This document shows positions 49,467 through 59,476 of a stretch of DNA of 64,000 nucleotides, one piece after another. The notes beneath the pieces were generated by a model, which saw only the letters and a list, made by a program, of their open reading frames with translations, was not told where the DNA came from and did no database searches. Position numbers and translations under genes: made by a program. Within the stretch, counting starts at the first letter, position 1. Each line of letters begins with the position of its first letter. Origin of the DNA: Methanomassiliicoccaceae archaeon (GTDB taxonomy: Archaea > Thermoplasmatota > Thermoplasmata > Methanomassiliicoccales > Methanomassiliicoccaceae); NCBI GenBank assembly GCA_040776945.1, contig JAXGZN010000002.1, positions 512,001 through 576,000 on the forward strand, in the 5' to 3' direction.

Positions 49467-50630
49467 ATGTTCCTGACCAGGGATGAAGAGGCCATGCTGG
49501 CCGGCGAAAAGGGAGAGGGCATAAGAACAGCGATGGAGCTGCTGGTCGCTCTCGGCGACATATATGAGGCGAAGAGGCTGGTACCCATCGTTTCCGCGCA
49601 TCTTTCCGGTGTATCCTACAAGACAATCGGGGAGGGAGGGATCAGCTTCCTTCAATCTTTGGCCAAGGACGCTAAGGTGCGGGTGCCTACGACGCTGAAC
49701 CCTGCAGGCATGGACCGCGAGAAATGGAAGGAGATGGGCATATCTCCCCGTTTTGCCGACCGGCAGCACCTCATCATCGAGTGCTACGGGAAGCTGGGGG
49801 TCGATACTGATTGTTCTTGCACCCCATACCTGGGGAACAACGTGCCCAAGAAGGGCCAGACCTTGGCCTGGGCGGAATCCAGCGCTCTCTCCTTCGCCAA
49901 CTCGGCGATCGGAGCGAGGACCAACCGGGAGGGCGGCCCTGGGGCGCTCGCCGCTGCAATAATCGGAAGGACACCGGAGTACGGCCTTCACCTGGATGGC
50001 AACCGGACGCCGGGCATCGTGGTGGAGGTCGAGGTCGAGGAGGTCGATTACTCCCTGCTCGGACATGCCGTGGGCTCTTCGGTCGGGAACCGCATCCCCT
50101 ATTTCCGCGGCATCAGGCCTACTGCTGACCAGCTCAAGACATTGGCGGCGGCGATGGCCGCGGCCGGATCGGTGGCCATGTTCCACGTTGAGGGCGTTAC
50201 TCCCGAGGCCGACCCCCTATCGATCGAAGGCTTGGAGAGGCTGCATCTCGGCCGGGCCGAGGTGGAGGCGGCAAGGAACAAGCTGGACCGCGGGAGGGAC
50301 CCCGAGCTGATCGCCCTCGGCTGCCCACACCTCTCGGTCGATGAGATAAGAGGCCTGGCCGCCAAGCTCGAGGGGAGGAAGCGGAAGGGCGATGCCGAGG
50401 TGTGGTTCTGTACCTCCCGGCACACCGCGGCAAAGTGCCCCCGCGAGCTGGGGGTTCTGTCGAAGTTCGGTAAAGTGGTATGCGATACCTGCATGATAGT
50501 GACCCCTATAGAGGAGAGGTTCAGAAGCACCGCCACGAACTCTGGGAAGGCGTGCTGCTACCTGCCCAACCTGTGCTCCCAGAAGGTCGTGTACCGATCT
50601 ACCGAAGGATTGCTGGAGATGATATCCTGA
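49467..50630 (+). CDS. Aconitase X large subunit (phosphomevalonate dehydratase large subunit)
   Basis: SAHLSGVSY, TTLNPAG, SCTPY, AWAESS, GARTN, GCPHLS, DTC, TNSGK. Confidence 0.88.
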   Translation: MFLTRDEEAMLAGEKGEGIRTAMELLVALGDIYEAKRLVPIVSAHLSGVSYKTIGEGGISFLQSLAKDAKVRVPTTLNPAGMDREKWKEMGISPRFADRQHLIIECYGKLGVDTDCSCTPYLGNNVPKKGQTLAWAESSALSFANSAIGARTNREGGPGALAAAIIGRTPEYGLHLDGNRTPGIVVEVEVEEVDYSLLGHAVGSSVGNRIPYFRGIRPTADQLKTLAAAMAAAGSVAMFHVEGVTPEADPLSIEGLERLHLGRAEVEAARNKLDRGRDPELIALGCPHLSVDEIRGLAAKLEGRKRKGDAEVWFCTSRHTAAKCPRELGVLSKFGKVVCDTCMIVTPIEERFRSTATNSGKACCYLPNLCSQKVVYRSTEGLLEMIS

Positions 50631-51394
50631 TACTCAAGGGCAGAGGCATATCCAAGGGCCGTGGGGAGGGCGAGGTCGTTCTGAGCGAGTCACCGGTATC
50701 GTTCCTCGGCGGCGTGGAGCCCTCCACCGGTAACATCGCAGGCCGGGAGGACGGCCGCTCTGTAAAAGGCAAGGTGTTCGCGTTCCCTCAAGGCAAGGGC
50801 AGCACCGTTGGCTCCTATGTCCTCTTGGAGATGAGACGGAGGGGAACACTGCCGGCGGCGATCATCAACTCCGTGGCCGAGCCGATCGTGGCCACAGGAT
50901 CGGTAATGGCCCGGGTTCCCATGGTCGACCGCATTGACCTTGGGCTGCTAAGGGAGGGCGACCTCGTGGTGGTGGACGGCGACAGCGGAACGGTTGAGCT
51001 GCCGGGTGTACGGGAGAACCATGTTGTGAGCTGCGTTCTTATGGACGGAGAGAAGATGCTCCTATTGAAGCGCAGCAGCGAGGTCGGCACCTTCCGCGGC
51101 TATTGGGCGTCGGTCAGCGGGTTTGTAGAGGAGGACGAGACGCCAGCGGAAACGGCCTGCAAGGAACTGCAGGAAGAGATCGGCCTGGACCTGATGTTCG
51201 AAAAGGAAGGCAGGACCGTCACAGTAAGGGACGGATGCACGGTATGGCATGTGCACCCTTATCTGTTCAGGGCCACCCGTCCCAGGGTGGTGATCGACTG
51301 GGAGCACACCGAGTACAGCTGGGTGCGCCCCCAGGACCTAAAGGATTTCCAGACCGTTCCAGGGCTTGCGGGGATAGTGCGGGACCTTCTCTAG
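50627..51394 (+). CDS. Aconitase X small (swivel, DUF126) subunit fused to a Nudix hydrolase (apparent CTG start)
   Basis: (M)ILKGRGISKG, SFLGGV, KGSTVGS, then the Nudix box GFVEEDETPAETACKELQEEIG and DWEH. Confidence 0.85.
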   Translation: MILKGRGISKGRGEGEVVLSESPVSFLGGVEPSTGNIAGREDGRSVKGKVFAFPQGKGSTVGSYVLLEMRRRGTLPAAIINSVAEPIVATGSVMARVPMVDRIDLGLLREGDLVVVDGDSGTVELPGVRENHVVSCVLMDGEKMLLLKRSSEVGTFRGYWASVSGFVEEDETPAETACKELQEEIGLDLMFEKEGRTVTVRDGCTVWHVHPYLFRATRPRVVIDWEHTEYSWVRPQDLKDFQTVPGLAGIVRDLL

Positions 51395-54300
51395 AAGGTC
51401 ACGTCCACTTCCTTCTCCAGCAGGTTCATCTCATGAGGGTCCAGTGTCGACGGGTTCATCGCAAGCATCAGGATCGAGTGATGTATGGCAACCTGGTCCC
51501 GCAGGGACTGGACGAACCTCAGCACTGTAAGGAAGTTGTTGTTGGTGATGAGGTACTCCAATCCGTCCAGCAAGATGATGCCTCCGTTCTTGGACAGGAA
51601 CTGCTCAAGCGAGAAGCTGAGCTTCTCCAGGTCCTTTGGCCGGAGACTGTCATCCTTGCCTATGTTGGTCAGCCATATAACCGGGGTATCTCCGAGGTTG
51701 TACTTTGAGCGGACCTTCAGTGGGTAGTCCCGGGTCACGCAAAAGCCTTTCACCCCCTTCTCGATGGCCTCGACGAACAGCGAATAGGACCGCACGCCCT
51801 TCTCCTCCTTGATCAGGTATGTGAACCCCGGTTCCAGAGCGGAAGTGCTCTTTGTCGCATTCTTTTCCTCGGGCTCATCCTCGACCTTGATCATCGCCAC
51901 GGGGCTATGGCATGCCGGGCACTCGTTCTCGTACGGCTGCACCGGCTTCTTGCAATTGCAGCATTCGGTGACCCTTGTGAAACCTCCGGAAGCTGCATGC
52001 TCCATAATGGAGTCCACGGTCTTGCTCCCCAGCCCCTTCACTTCACGGAGGTCCTCTTTGCTGGCCATGGTTATCTTGTCCACCGAGTCATATCCGGCGT
52101 CATAGATCATCTCGGCCTTGAGATGGTTCATACGCGGCACCCGCATCAGGTACGCGAGCATGCGGCCCTTGTCTTCCCGCACAGGCGGGGCCTCGACCTT
52201 TGCCGGCGCGGCCTCCTGTCTAGATAGATAGTGCACTATGTTCCTCGCGTCGTTGCGTGACACCCCCTCGATGGCCGCGAGGCTTGCCTCGTCCGCACCC
52301 CTCATCTCCTCGAGGGAGGCCTTGCCCGCCCTTATCAGCGCGAGCGCGGTCTCCTGGGACATCCCGGGCACCCTGGAGAGGTCCTTGATCCTTTCCTTCA
52401 TGCGAAGCGAGGACAGGGCAATGTCCACCTTGTGCTTCTCAATGTCCCAGCTGGCAGCGTGCTCGCCCTTCGGTTCACTGACGAGCTCCAGCTGTAAGGA
52501 CCTGGTCTCCTTCATGACGTGGTCCTTCCAGGTCTTGAAGTACCCCTCCAGCTGGGCAGGGGCCTTGACCTCGGTTCGGACGAACTCCTCGACATCCAGC
52601 TTCATGTCCTTCCGCATCTGCTGGATGCGGCGGATCAGCTCTCGAGTATATCCTTCCGCCTCGATCTCAGGGGTGACCTCGAAATCTATGAACAGAGTGC
52701 CATCGGCGAACTCCACGGCCACGATGTTATCTGGCAGGGAGGTCGAGAACGACACCATCCCCGGCTCGATGCGAACGGCCTGGCCTTCGATGCCCAGCGA
52801 GTACTCGCCCCTTTCGATGGCCTCTTTGACCTTTTCGGCCGGTCGGTTCTTGAGCATGACAGCGATCTTGGCCGACCACTGCCGATAGACCTTGCCGATG
52901 GCGTTTGGATTGGGGATGACCTCCAGACGGAGCTCATGCCAGGTGTGGCCCGGTGCGACATATTCTACGCTCTTAACGTTCGCCTGGGAGAGGAGCACCT
53001 CCTCCATCGGCCTAAGAAGGTCAAGTACCTCTTGGGACCGGGATTGGATGATGATGCGCTTCAGCGGCCAGCGTAGCTTGATGTTCTTCTTCTGCCTTTC
53101 CTTGGTGATCTCGTCCACCAGTTCCTGCATGGTCCGCATGGACGCTTCCAGGCGGTCATCCACCGCCGTGGGGTCGGACATCGGCCAGTCGCACATATGC
53201 ACCGAGGTGAGCTTGCCGTCCAGTGCCTGATAGATCTCCTCGGATATGTGCGGACAGAACGGCGCCAGCAGCTTTACGGTGGTCATCAGCGCCTCGTAAA
53301 GGGTCACGTACGCCGCTATCTTGTCCATGTCCGCGGATTCGGTCCACATGCGGTCCCTGATGAGCCGCACGTACCATCGCGACATGTCCTCCAGGATGAA
53401 CTCCTCGAGGGAGCGGCATGCGCGGTGCAGGTCCAAGGAGTCAAGGTTCCTGGTGACCTCGAGCTTCAGCTTCTCCGTCCGGGAGGCCAACCAGCGGTCC
53501 TCGGGCCTCATGGCCGCGCGGGCCGCCGCCAGGTCGATATTCGATGGCTCGAACTTGTCTATTGACATGTAGGTAGAGGCGAAGTTCACCACGTTCCACA
53601 GGATGTTGAGCATCTTGCGCGCGTTCTTCACCCCCTCGTGCTGGAAGGAGATATCCTCCCATGGGGCCGACACTCGCATGAAGTAGAACCGGACAGCGTC
53701 CGCGCCGAACTCGGCGATGACCTTGGCAGGCTCAATGACATTCCCTTTGCTCTTGGACATCGGCTGGCCCTGAGGATCGAGCATCCATCCATGCATGAGG
53801 ACGCTCTTGTATGGCGCACGGCCGAAGGAGATGCACGAGGAACCGAGCTGGGAGTAGAACCATCCGCGTGTCTGATCATGGGCCTCGGTGATGAACTTGG
53901 CAGGCCACCAGCGTTCGAACTCCGAACGGTTGCGCGGGTAGCCTAGCTGAGCCCAGGAGCACACGCCGGCATCGAACCATACGTCGAGCACGTCATTGAC
54001 GCGCTTCATCTTGCCGCCGCACTTGTCGCACTTGAGCAAAACCCCGTCGATCCACGGCCGATGGAGGTCCATTCCCTTCTGGTAGCCCTCCGCTCCCTCA
54101 AGGTCATCGGTGGTGCCGACCACCTTCATGTGCCCGCAGCCGCAGGTCCAGACCGGCAGGGGGATCCCCCAGTACCGCTGCCTCGAGATGCACCAATCAC
54201 GGGCGTTCATCGTCCAGTCGTACTCCCTTGATGATCCGGCCCACTCCGGGGTCCACTGGACCTTGGCGATCTCGTCCAGCATGAGGTCCTTGACCTCGGT

Positions 54301-55560
54301 GACCCTGAGGTACCACTGGCTCGTGTTGCGGTAGATGATCCCGGAACGGCATCTCCAGCAGTGTCCGTAGCGGTGGTCTATCATGCCCCGATGGAACATC
54401 AGGCCCTTGTCCTGAAGATCGTCCATGATCAGCGCGTTGGCCTTCTTGACCGGCATGCCGTAATATCGGTTTCCGACGTCCTTTGTGAACCTCCCGCTCT
54501 CATCCACTGGGCAGTAAGGCTCCAGGCCGAACTCCCTGCCCAGTTCGAAGTCCTCGGGACCGTGGCCGGGGGCGATATGGACCAGGCCGGTCATGTCCGC
54601 CTCGACCGTCTGTGAAGGTATGACGCGATGCACCCACTTTCCGCTCATGCCCCTTTGTGATTCGATCTCATCGTAAAGGGGAGGGACGTACTCAAGGCCG
54701 ACCAGGTCGTCGCCTTCGATTAGCTGCAGCACCTCGATCTCTTCCCATCCTTCCAGCTGACCTATGGCGTCGACCAGGCCCTCCAGCACGATAACGGTGT
54801 CCGCCTCGCCGCCCCGATGGTAACGCACCTTGGCATATTGGAAGTCAGGGTGCGCAGCGACGGCCATGTTGGCCGGCAGGGTCCAGGGGGTGGTCGTCCA
54901 TATCAGCAGCGACACTCCTGGCTCGTTCTTGACAGGGAATCGCACATAGATGGAAGGGTCCTTCTCGTCAGAGTACTCGATCTCCGCCTCCGCCAGAGCC
55001 GTCTCGCACCTAGGGCACCATGAGATAACGCGATTGGAGGCGGCGAGAAGGCCGCGGTCGAACGCCCGCTTCAGCGTCCACCATGCGGCCTCTATGTAGC
55101 TGGGGGTGATGGTCATATAGGGTTTTTCCCAGTCCAGCCACACTCCCAGCTCCTTGAACTGCTCGGTCATCTTGGCCTGATGGTTCAGAGCGAACTCCTT
55201 GCAGGTGTTGACGAACTTGTCAATGCCGAAGGCCTCTATGTCCTTCTTGCTCTTGATGCCGATGGCCTGCTCGACCTTGACCTCGATGGGCAGGCCGTGC
55301 ATGTCGTAGCCCGGCTGGTCCCTTACATTGAGCCTCTGCATCCGCTTATATCTGACAACGGCGTCCTTGATGGTCTTGTTCCAGGCAGTGCCTAGGTGGA
55401 TATAACCAGTGGTGTATGGAGGCCCATCGACGAAGTAGTAGTCGGCCCCGCTGGCGCGAAGCTCCTTGGTCTTCTTGTAGGCATCGTTGTCTTTCCAGAA
55501 CTTCTGCACCCGCCTTTCCAGGTCGGGGGGGTTATAATTAGCTTGAACCTGCTTTATCAT
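51391..55560 (-). CDS. ileS: Isoleucyl-tRNA synthetase with C-terminal HhH, Zn-ribbon and DUF835 extension
   Basis: DGPPY..HLG, WTTTPWTLP, GLVHIAPGHG, DWCISRQRYWG, PMSKS; extension of roughly 330 aa. Confidence 0.93.
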   Translation of the reverse strand: MIKQVQANYNPPDLERRVQKFWKDNDAYKKTKELRASGADYYFVDGPPYTTGYIHLGTAWNKTIKDAVVRYKRMQRLNVRDQPGYDMHGLPIEVKVEQAIGIKSKKDIEAFGIDKFVNTCKEFALNHQAKMTEQFKELGVWLDWEKPYMTITPSYIEAAWWTLKRAFDRGLLAASNRVISWCPRCETALAEAEIEYSDEKDPSIYVRFPVKNEPGVSLLIWTTTPWTLPANMAVAAHPDFQYAKVRYHRGGEADTVIVLEGLVDAIGQLEGWEEIEVLQLIEGDDLVGLEYVPPLYDEIESQRGMSGKWVHRVIPSQTVEADMTGLVHIAPGHGPEDFELGREFGLEPYCPVDESGRFTKDVGNRYYGMPVKKANALIMDDLQDKGLMFHRGMIDHRYGHCWRCRSGIIYRNTSQWYLRVTEVKDLMLDEIAKVQWTPEWAGSSREYDWTMNARDWCISRQRYWGIPLPVWTCGCGHMKVVGTTDDLEGAEGYQKGMDLHRPWIDGVLLKCDKCGGKMKRVNDVLDVWFDAGVCSWAQLGYPRNRSEFERWWPAKFITEAHDQTRGWFYSQLGSSCISFGRAPYKSVLMHGWMLDPQGQPMSKSKGNVIEPAKVIAEFGADAVRFYFMRVSAPWEDISFQHEGVKNARKMLNILWNVVNFASTYMSIDKFEPSNIDLAAARAAMRPEDRWLASRTEKLKLEVTRNLDSLDLHRACRSLEEFILEDMSRWYVRLIRDRMWTESADMDKIAAYVTLYEALMTTVKLLAPFCPHISEEIYQALDGKLTSVHMCDWPMSDPTAVDDRLEASMRTMQELVDEITKERQKKNIKLRWPLKRIIIQSRSQEVLDLLRPMEEVLLSQANVKSVEYVAPGHTWHELRLEVIPNPNAIGKVYRQWSAKIAVMLKNRPAEKVKEAIERGEYSLGIEGQAVRIEPGMVSFSTSLPDNIVAVEFADGTLFIDFEVTPEIEAEGYTRELIRRIQQMRKDMKLDVEEFVRTEVKAPAQLEGYFKTWKDHVMKETRSLQLELVSEPKGEHAASWDIEKHKVDIALSSLRMKERIKDLSRVPGMSQETALALIRAGKASLEEMRGADEASLAAIEGVSRNDARNIVHYLSRQEAAPAKVEAPPVREDKGRMLAYLMRVPRMNHLKAEMIYDAGYDSVDKITMASKEDLREVKGLGSKTVDSIMEHAASGGFTRVTECCNCKKPVQPYENECPACHSPVAMIKVEDEPEEKNATKSTSALEPGFTYLIKEEKGVRSYSLFVEAIEKGVKGFCVTRDYPLKVRSKYNLGDTPVIWLTNIGKDDSLRPKDLEKLSFSLEQFLSKNGGIILLDGLEYLITNNNFLTVLRFVQSLRDQVAIHHSILMLAMNPSTLDPHEMNLLEKEVDVTF

Positions 55561-55659
55561 CGCAGTCCCTTAAGGCCGGGTAAAGTCCTTTCCTATAATA
55601 ATGCTGATGGTCCCCTAGGCCATGCTGGATAACAGGATTATTTTTCCATGGAATGTCCC

Positions 55660-56703
55660 CTAGCCCCACCGGTCTAGACTGGACTGCGACCTCGGCATGA
55701 CCTCGACCTTCCTTGCCGGCCTCCGCTTATCCACTCGATCGAGGGCGGCAGTGACCCTGGCCTCGGAGAACCCATGGCCCTCGCACAAGAACTCTACGAT
55801 CCGGTCCCTCTCCGGCGGCCTCCATTCGAGCTTGTACTCATCGATGTGCTCCGTCCGCAGGAAGATCTCCCTGACCACCTCGACGTCCGGGATGCTGGCA
55901 TCGATGGACCCGAGCGCTTTCCCGATGGTACCGTGCTCCTTGATGAGCTTCAGCCCCTTCTTGGGCCCGATACCCCGGATGCCCTGGTTATAATCGGTCC
56001 CCATGAGGATGCATAGATCGATGAGCTGCTCCCGGTCCTTCAGCCCGTTCGCCTCCAGGACCTTGTCGAGTTCGATGACCTCGATGTGGATGTCGCGGTA
56101 TTCCTTGCTGCCGGGCATCTTCCGCCGGCCGGTGATGTTAAGGTTGCGAACTAGCCGTGGAGCGCCGAAAAGGAGCGAGTCGTAGTCCTGGGACGAGGCG
56201 GCCCATACATCTCCACGAGCGGCCATATATGCCGCCTGGGCCTCGCCCTCCTCAGGCGCCTGCACCACCGGTATCCCCATGTGGGTAAGGAGTATCCGGG
56301 ACGATCCGACAATGTCGTTGCTGATCCTTGAGGACTGAGCGGCCTTCGTCCTTGCTCTCTCGATGTCTCCCTCGGACACCGCCTCCCTCCACTCCTCATG
56401 GGCCTTGGTCCGGCGTTCCGACCTTTCCGCGAGGGTCTGGGCCTTCATCAAGTGCGGATGCCCATCGAAGATGTATGCTGGCCGGACCCCGGCCTCCAAC
56501 AGGTTGACGTTGCGGTAAAGCAGACCGGCCAGATGGGACGTGACCCTGCCCCGGTCATCCTTGAGGGGCGTGCCGTCAGGTCCGCGGATGATGGAGAGGA
56601 ACTGGTATATGGCGTTGTACGCATCGATGGCCAAGGTGTGCCCGCTTAGATCATCCAGGCTCTTCCGCTCCGCAGGCACTATGTCCGAGAGATTAACTCC
56701 CAT
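55660..56703 (-). CDS. fen: Flap endonuclease 1
   Basis: MGV, AIDAYN, EGEAQAA, SQDYDSLLFG, GTDY, GIGPK; PIP box QSSLDRW. Confidence 0.95.
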   Translation of the reverse strand: MGVNLSDIVPAERKSLDDLSGHTLAIDAYNAIYQFLSIIRGPDGTPLKDDRGRVTSHLAGLLYRNVNLLEAGVRPAYIFDGHPHLMKAQTLAERSERRTKAHEEWREAVSEGDIERARTKAAQSSRISNDIVGSSRILLTHMGIPVVQAPEEGEAQAAYMAARGDVWAASSQDYDSLLFGAPRLVRNLNITGRRKMPGSKEYRDIHIEVIELDKVLEANGLKDREQLIDLCILMGTDYNQGIRGIGPKKGLKLIKEHGTIGKALGSIDASIPDVEVVREIFLRTEHIDEYKLEWRPPERDRIVEFLCEGHGFSEARVTAALDRVDKRRPARKVEVMPRSQSSLDRWG

Positions 56704-56746
56704 TGTGAAAAAAGAAGGGTGGGGCCGGTTATAACGCTTTTCCCGC

Positions 56747-56923
56747 CTAATCCTTCCTGTTCGGGAGGTATAGGACCATCAGCCCCATGGCCATCCACAC
56801 GATCATCACCAGGACCCAGCAGATGTTGATGCTGAGCGCTAGGACCACGATCATGAGCAGCATGGGCAGTACGATGGCGATGAACGGGATGAACCATTTG
56901 GAACTGGTGAGGTCATAGATCAT
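56747..56923 (-). CDS. 58-aa two-TM membrane microprotein
   Basis: MIYDLTSSKWFIPFIAIVLPMLLMIVVLALSINICWVLVMIVWMAMGLMVLYLPNRKD; fills the fen-rpe gap in the same orientation. Confidence 0.65.
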   Translation of the reverse strand: MIYDLTSSKWFIPFIAIVLPMLLMIVVLALSINICWVLVMIVWMAMGLMVLYLPNRKD

Positions 56924-56975
56924 GGGAACGATGGATGATTATGTGGCCCGTTTATGAATGTTTGGTGCCTCGTTC

Positions 56976-57635
56976 CTAGGCAGGATATTTGAACCGCCTC
57001 CACTCCTCCATTTCCGACCTCATGTCCGCGCTTTTAAAGAGCGAGCTCCCTGCGGCGAGCACGCTTGCCCCCGCCTCCACGCACTGCCGGGCGGTGCGGC
57101 CGTTGATGCCGCCGTCGACCTCGATCTCGGCGCAGGAGCCGACGGAGTCGAAGTACTCCCTTGCCTTGGCGATCTTGGGGACGCAATCGGCGATGAACGT
57201 CTGGCCTCCAAATCCCGGGTGGACGGTCATGACCAGAAGGAGATCGATATCATCTAGGTACGGAAGCACGTCCTCGAACGGCGTTTCCGGGTTCAGCGAC
57301 AGACCCGCCTTCTTTCCAAGCCTATGGACCTTGTCTATGCTGGACCGTACGTTGTCGGTCGCCTCCACATGCAAGGTGATGATGTCAGCGCCGGCCTTGG
57401 CGAACTCCTCGATGTATCTTTCAGGTTCAACGATCATCAGGTGCACATCGAAGGGCAGGCGGCAATGGGGCCTCAGAGCGCTCACGACCGCAGGCCCGAT
57501 GGTCAGGTTGGGAACGAACACCCCGTCCATTACATCCACGTGCACCCAATCGGCACCTTCTCTCTCAAGGCGGCGGACCTCCTCGCCCAGGCGGCTGAAG
57601 TCGGCGGACAGGATGGACGGGGCTATCTTCGTCAT
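56976..57635 (-). CDS. rpe: Ribulose-phosphate 3-epimerase
   Basis: IAPSILSADF, HVDVMDG, DVHLM, MTVHPGFGGQ, EVDGG. Confidence 0.95.
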   Translation of the reverse strand: MTKIAPSILSADFSRLGEEVRRLEREGADWVHVDVMDGVFVPNLTIGPAVVSALRPHCRLPFDVHLMIVEPERYIEEFAKAGADIITLHVEATDNVRSSIDKVHRLGKKAGLSLNPETPFEDVLPYLDDIDLLLVMTVHPGFGGQTFIADCVPKIAKAREYFDSVGSCAEIEVDGGINGRTARQCVEAGASVLAAGSSLFKSADMRSEMEEWRRFKYPA

Positions 57636-57660
57636 GGTCCGGCGAAACGCCTGAGCCCTA

Positions 57661-58086
57661 TTAATCCTTAGGGACCACCAGCACCGGGACCTTGGAGTTC
57701 TGGACGATCTTCTGGGAAACGCTACCCATCACCATCTCGCGGAAGCCGCTGAGGCCTCTTGTCCCCACCACTATGGCGTCATATCCCTCGGACGCTACGC
57801 TCAGGATCATTCCCGCGGGGTCCCCCATCTCCACCCTTGTGTCGAAGCGCACGCCCCTGTCCTGGAGGAGCTTCTTGGGCCGATCGAACCTATCCCCCAC
57901 TAGGATGTTCTCCCCGCTGGTGTACGTCGGCTTGGCGATGAAGCCATCAGTGTACTTGTCGGAGACCACATAGATCAGGGTGACCGACGCCTCCAGTCTC
58001 TCCGCCAGCGCCGCCGCGAAGCCGGCGGCGTGATAGGAATCCTCTGAACCGTCTATGCCCAACAGAATCTTCTTGATCGCGCTCAT
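57661..58086 (-). CDS. Universal stress protein
   Basis: ILLGIDGS, GDPA, GTRG, MGSVSQKIV. Confidence 0.9.
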   Translation of the reverse strand: MSAIKKILLGIDGSEDSYHAAGFAAALAERLEASVTLIYVVSDKYTDGFIAKPTYTSGENILVGDRFDRPKKLLQDRGVRFDTRVEMGDPAGMILSVASEGYDAIVVGTRGLSGFREMVMGSVSQKIVQNSKVPVLVVPKD

Positions 58087-58179
58087 TTTCTCCCATTATT
58101 AATTCCAAGCTCATGGAGATAAGGATGACGATGAGGGCCACTGACAAACCTTTTTACATGGCAGGTCGGATTCGGGACC

Positions 58180-58374
58180 ATGGCCGAGGACAAGTGCGGA
58201 GTGGCCGGATGCAATGGGCAGGCGATCAAGTCCTATTCGCGAGAGGCGGTGGAGAAGGCCGGTCTGAGGGCGGCGGACGAGAAGGGCAAGCGCATGCATC
58301 TGTGCAAGGAGCACAACAAGCAGTACAAGAAGGCTACCAAGGAGGACCGGAAGCTGGAGAGCCTAGGCCGCTGA
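58180..58374 (+). CDS. Small basic zinc-finger protein (CxxxxC...CxxH)
   Basis: CGVAGC...HLCKEHNKQYKKATKEDRKLE. Confidence 0.75.
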   Translation: MAEDKCGVAGCNGQAIKSYSREAVEKAGLRAADEKGKRMHLCKEHNKQYKKATKEDRKLESLGR

Positions 58375-58432
58375 GACCTCCTGCCTTCTTCTGGAGGCAT
58401 GCCGAGGCTCTGTGCCTGTGAAGGGGCAGAAC

Positions 58433-59437
58433 ATGTCGAATGACGTCCGGATGGTCTTCCTGGGGACCGGGGGCGGAATGCCGTCCCCGTCCCGGGGGGT
58501 CAGCGCCACCGCCCTTCAGGTCGGCGGGGACGTTCTGCTGTTCGATTGCGGAGAGGGCACCCAGCGTCAGTTCATGCGATCCTCGGTCTCCTTTATGAAG
58601 ATCACCGCCGTTTTCATCTCCCACTTTCACGGAGACCATTTTCTAGGCCGGCCCGGCCTTGTTCAATCGATGAACTTCTCTGGAAGGAGCGCTCCCCTCG
58701 AGATCTACGGCCCCCGGGGGGCCATCGATCTCGTGAAGGCCATGCTGTCGCTTGGCCACTTCAGCCTGGCCTTCCCGGTGACCGTCGGGGAGATGGACGA
58801 CGAGGACGTCGTGGACCTGGGACAGGTCACCGTGACCGCGGTCGCCGGAGAGCACTCAGTGCCCTCATTGTCATTCGTGATCGAGGAAAAGGCGCGCCGG
58901 GGCAGGTTCCATCCAGAAAGGGCGAGGGAGCTCGGCGTGCCCCCCGGTCCGATGTTCGGAGAACTTCAATCGGGCAGGGAGGTGACGGTCGGCGGCCGCG
59001 TCGTGTCGCCCGCGATGGTCATGGGGCCTCCCCGAAAAGGGATCAAGATAGTCATCTCCGGCGATACCCGACCCACCGAGAGACTGGTGAGAGCGGCCAA
59101 GCGCGCCACCGTGCTGGTCCATGAGGCCACCTTGGACTCCTCTCTTCTGGAGGGCGCCAAGAATTACGGCCACTCCACCGCCCGGGAGGCCGGTGAGGTC
59201 GCGAGTGCCGCCGAGGTCGACCTCCTGGTGCTGACCCACATCTCCAACCGCTATGATGACGTGTCCGTTCTCTTGGACGAGGCCAAGGAAGCGTTCACCA
59301 ACGTTGTGGCGGCCCATGACCTAATGTCCATTCAGGTAAGGACGGCAATGGACCTGCCGGCGGACGAGGGATCGGAGGGGCGAGCGGAGGGGGCCGGGGA
59401 CCTTTCCGGCCAAGAAGAGAGGCGGAGCGGGAGCTGA
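58433..59437 (+). CDS. rnz: Ribonuclease Z
   Basis: FLGTGG, DCGEGTQRQ, HFHGDH, SGDT, HEAT, HST, THIS.RY. Confidence 0.93.
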   Translation: MSNDVRMVFLGTGGGMPSPSRGVSATALQVGGDVLLFDCGEGTQRQFMRSSVSFMKITAVFISHFHGDHFLGRPGLVQSMNFSGRSAPLEIYGPRGAIDLVKAMLSLGHFSLAFPVTVGEMDDEDVVDLGQVTVTAVAGEHSVPSLSFVIEEKARRGRFHPERARELGVPPGPMFGELQSGREVTVGGRVVSPAMVMGPPRKGIKIVISGDTRPTERLVRAAKRATVLVHEATLDSSLLEGAKNYGHSTAREAGEVASAAEVDLLVLTHISNRYDDVSVLLDEAKEAFTNVVAAHDLMSIQVRTAMDLPADEGSEGRAEGAGDLSGQEERRSGS

Positions 59438-59476
59438 AGGCAAATTGTATATGGGGAGGTCGCAGTATTCAGGGTC

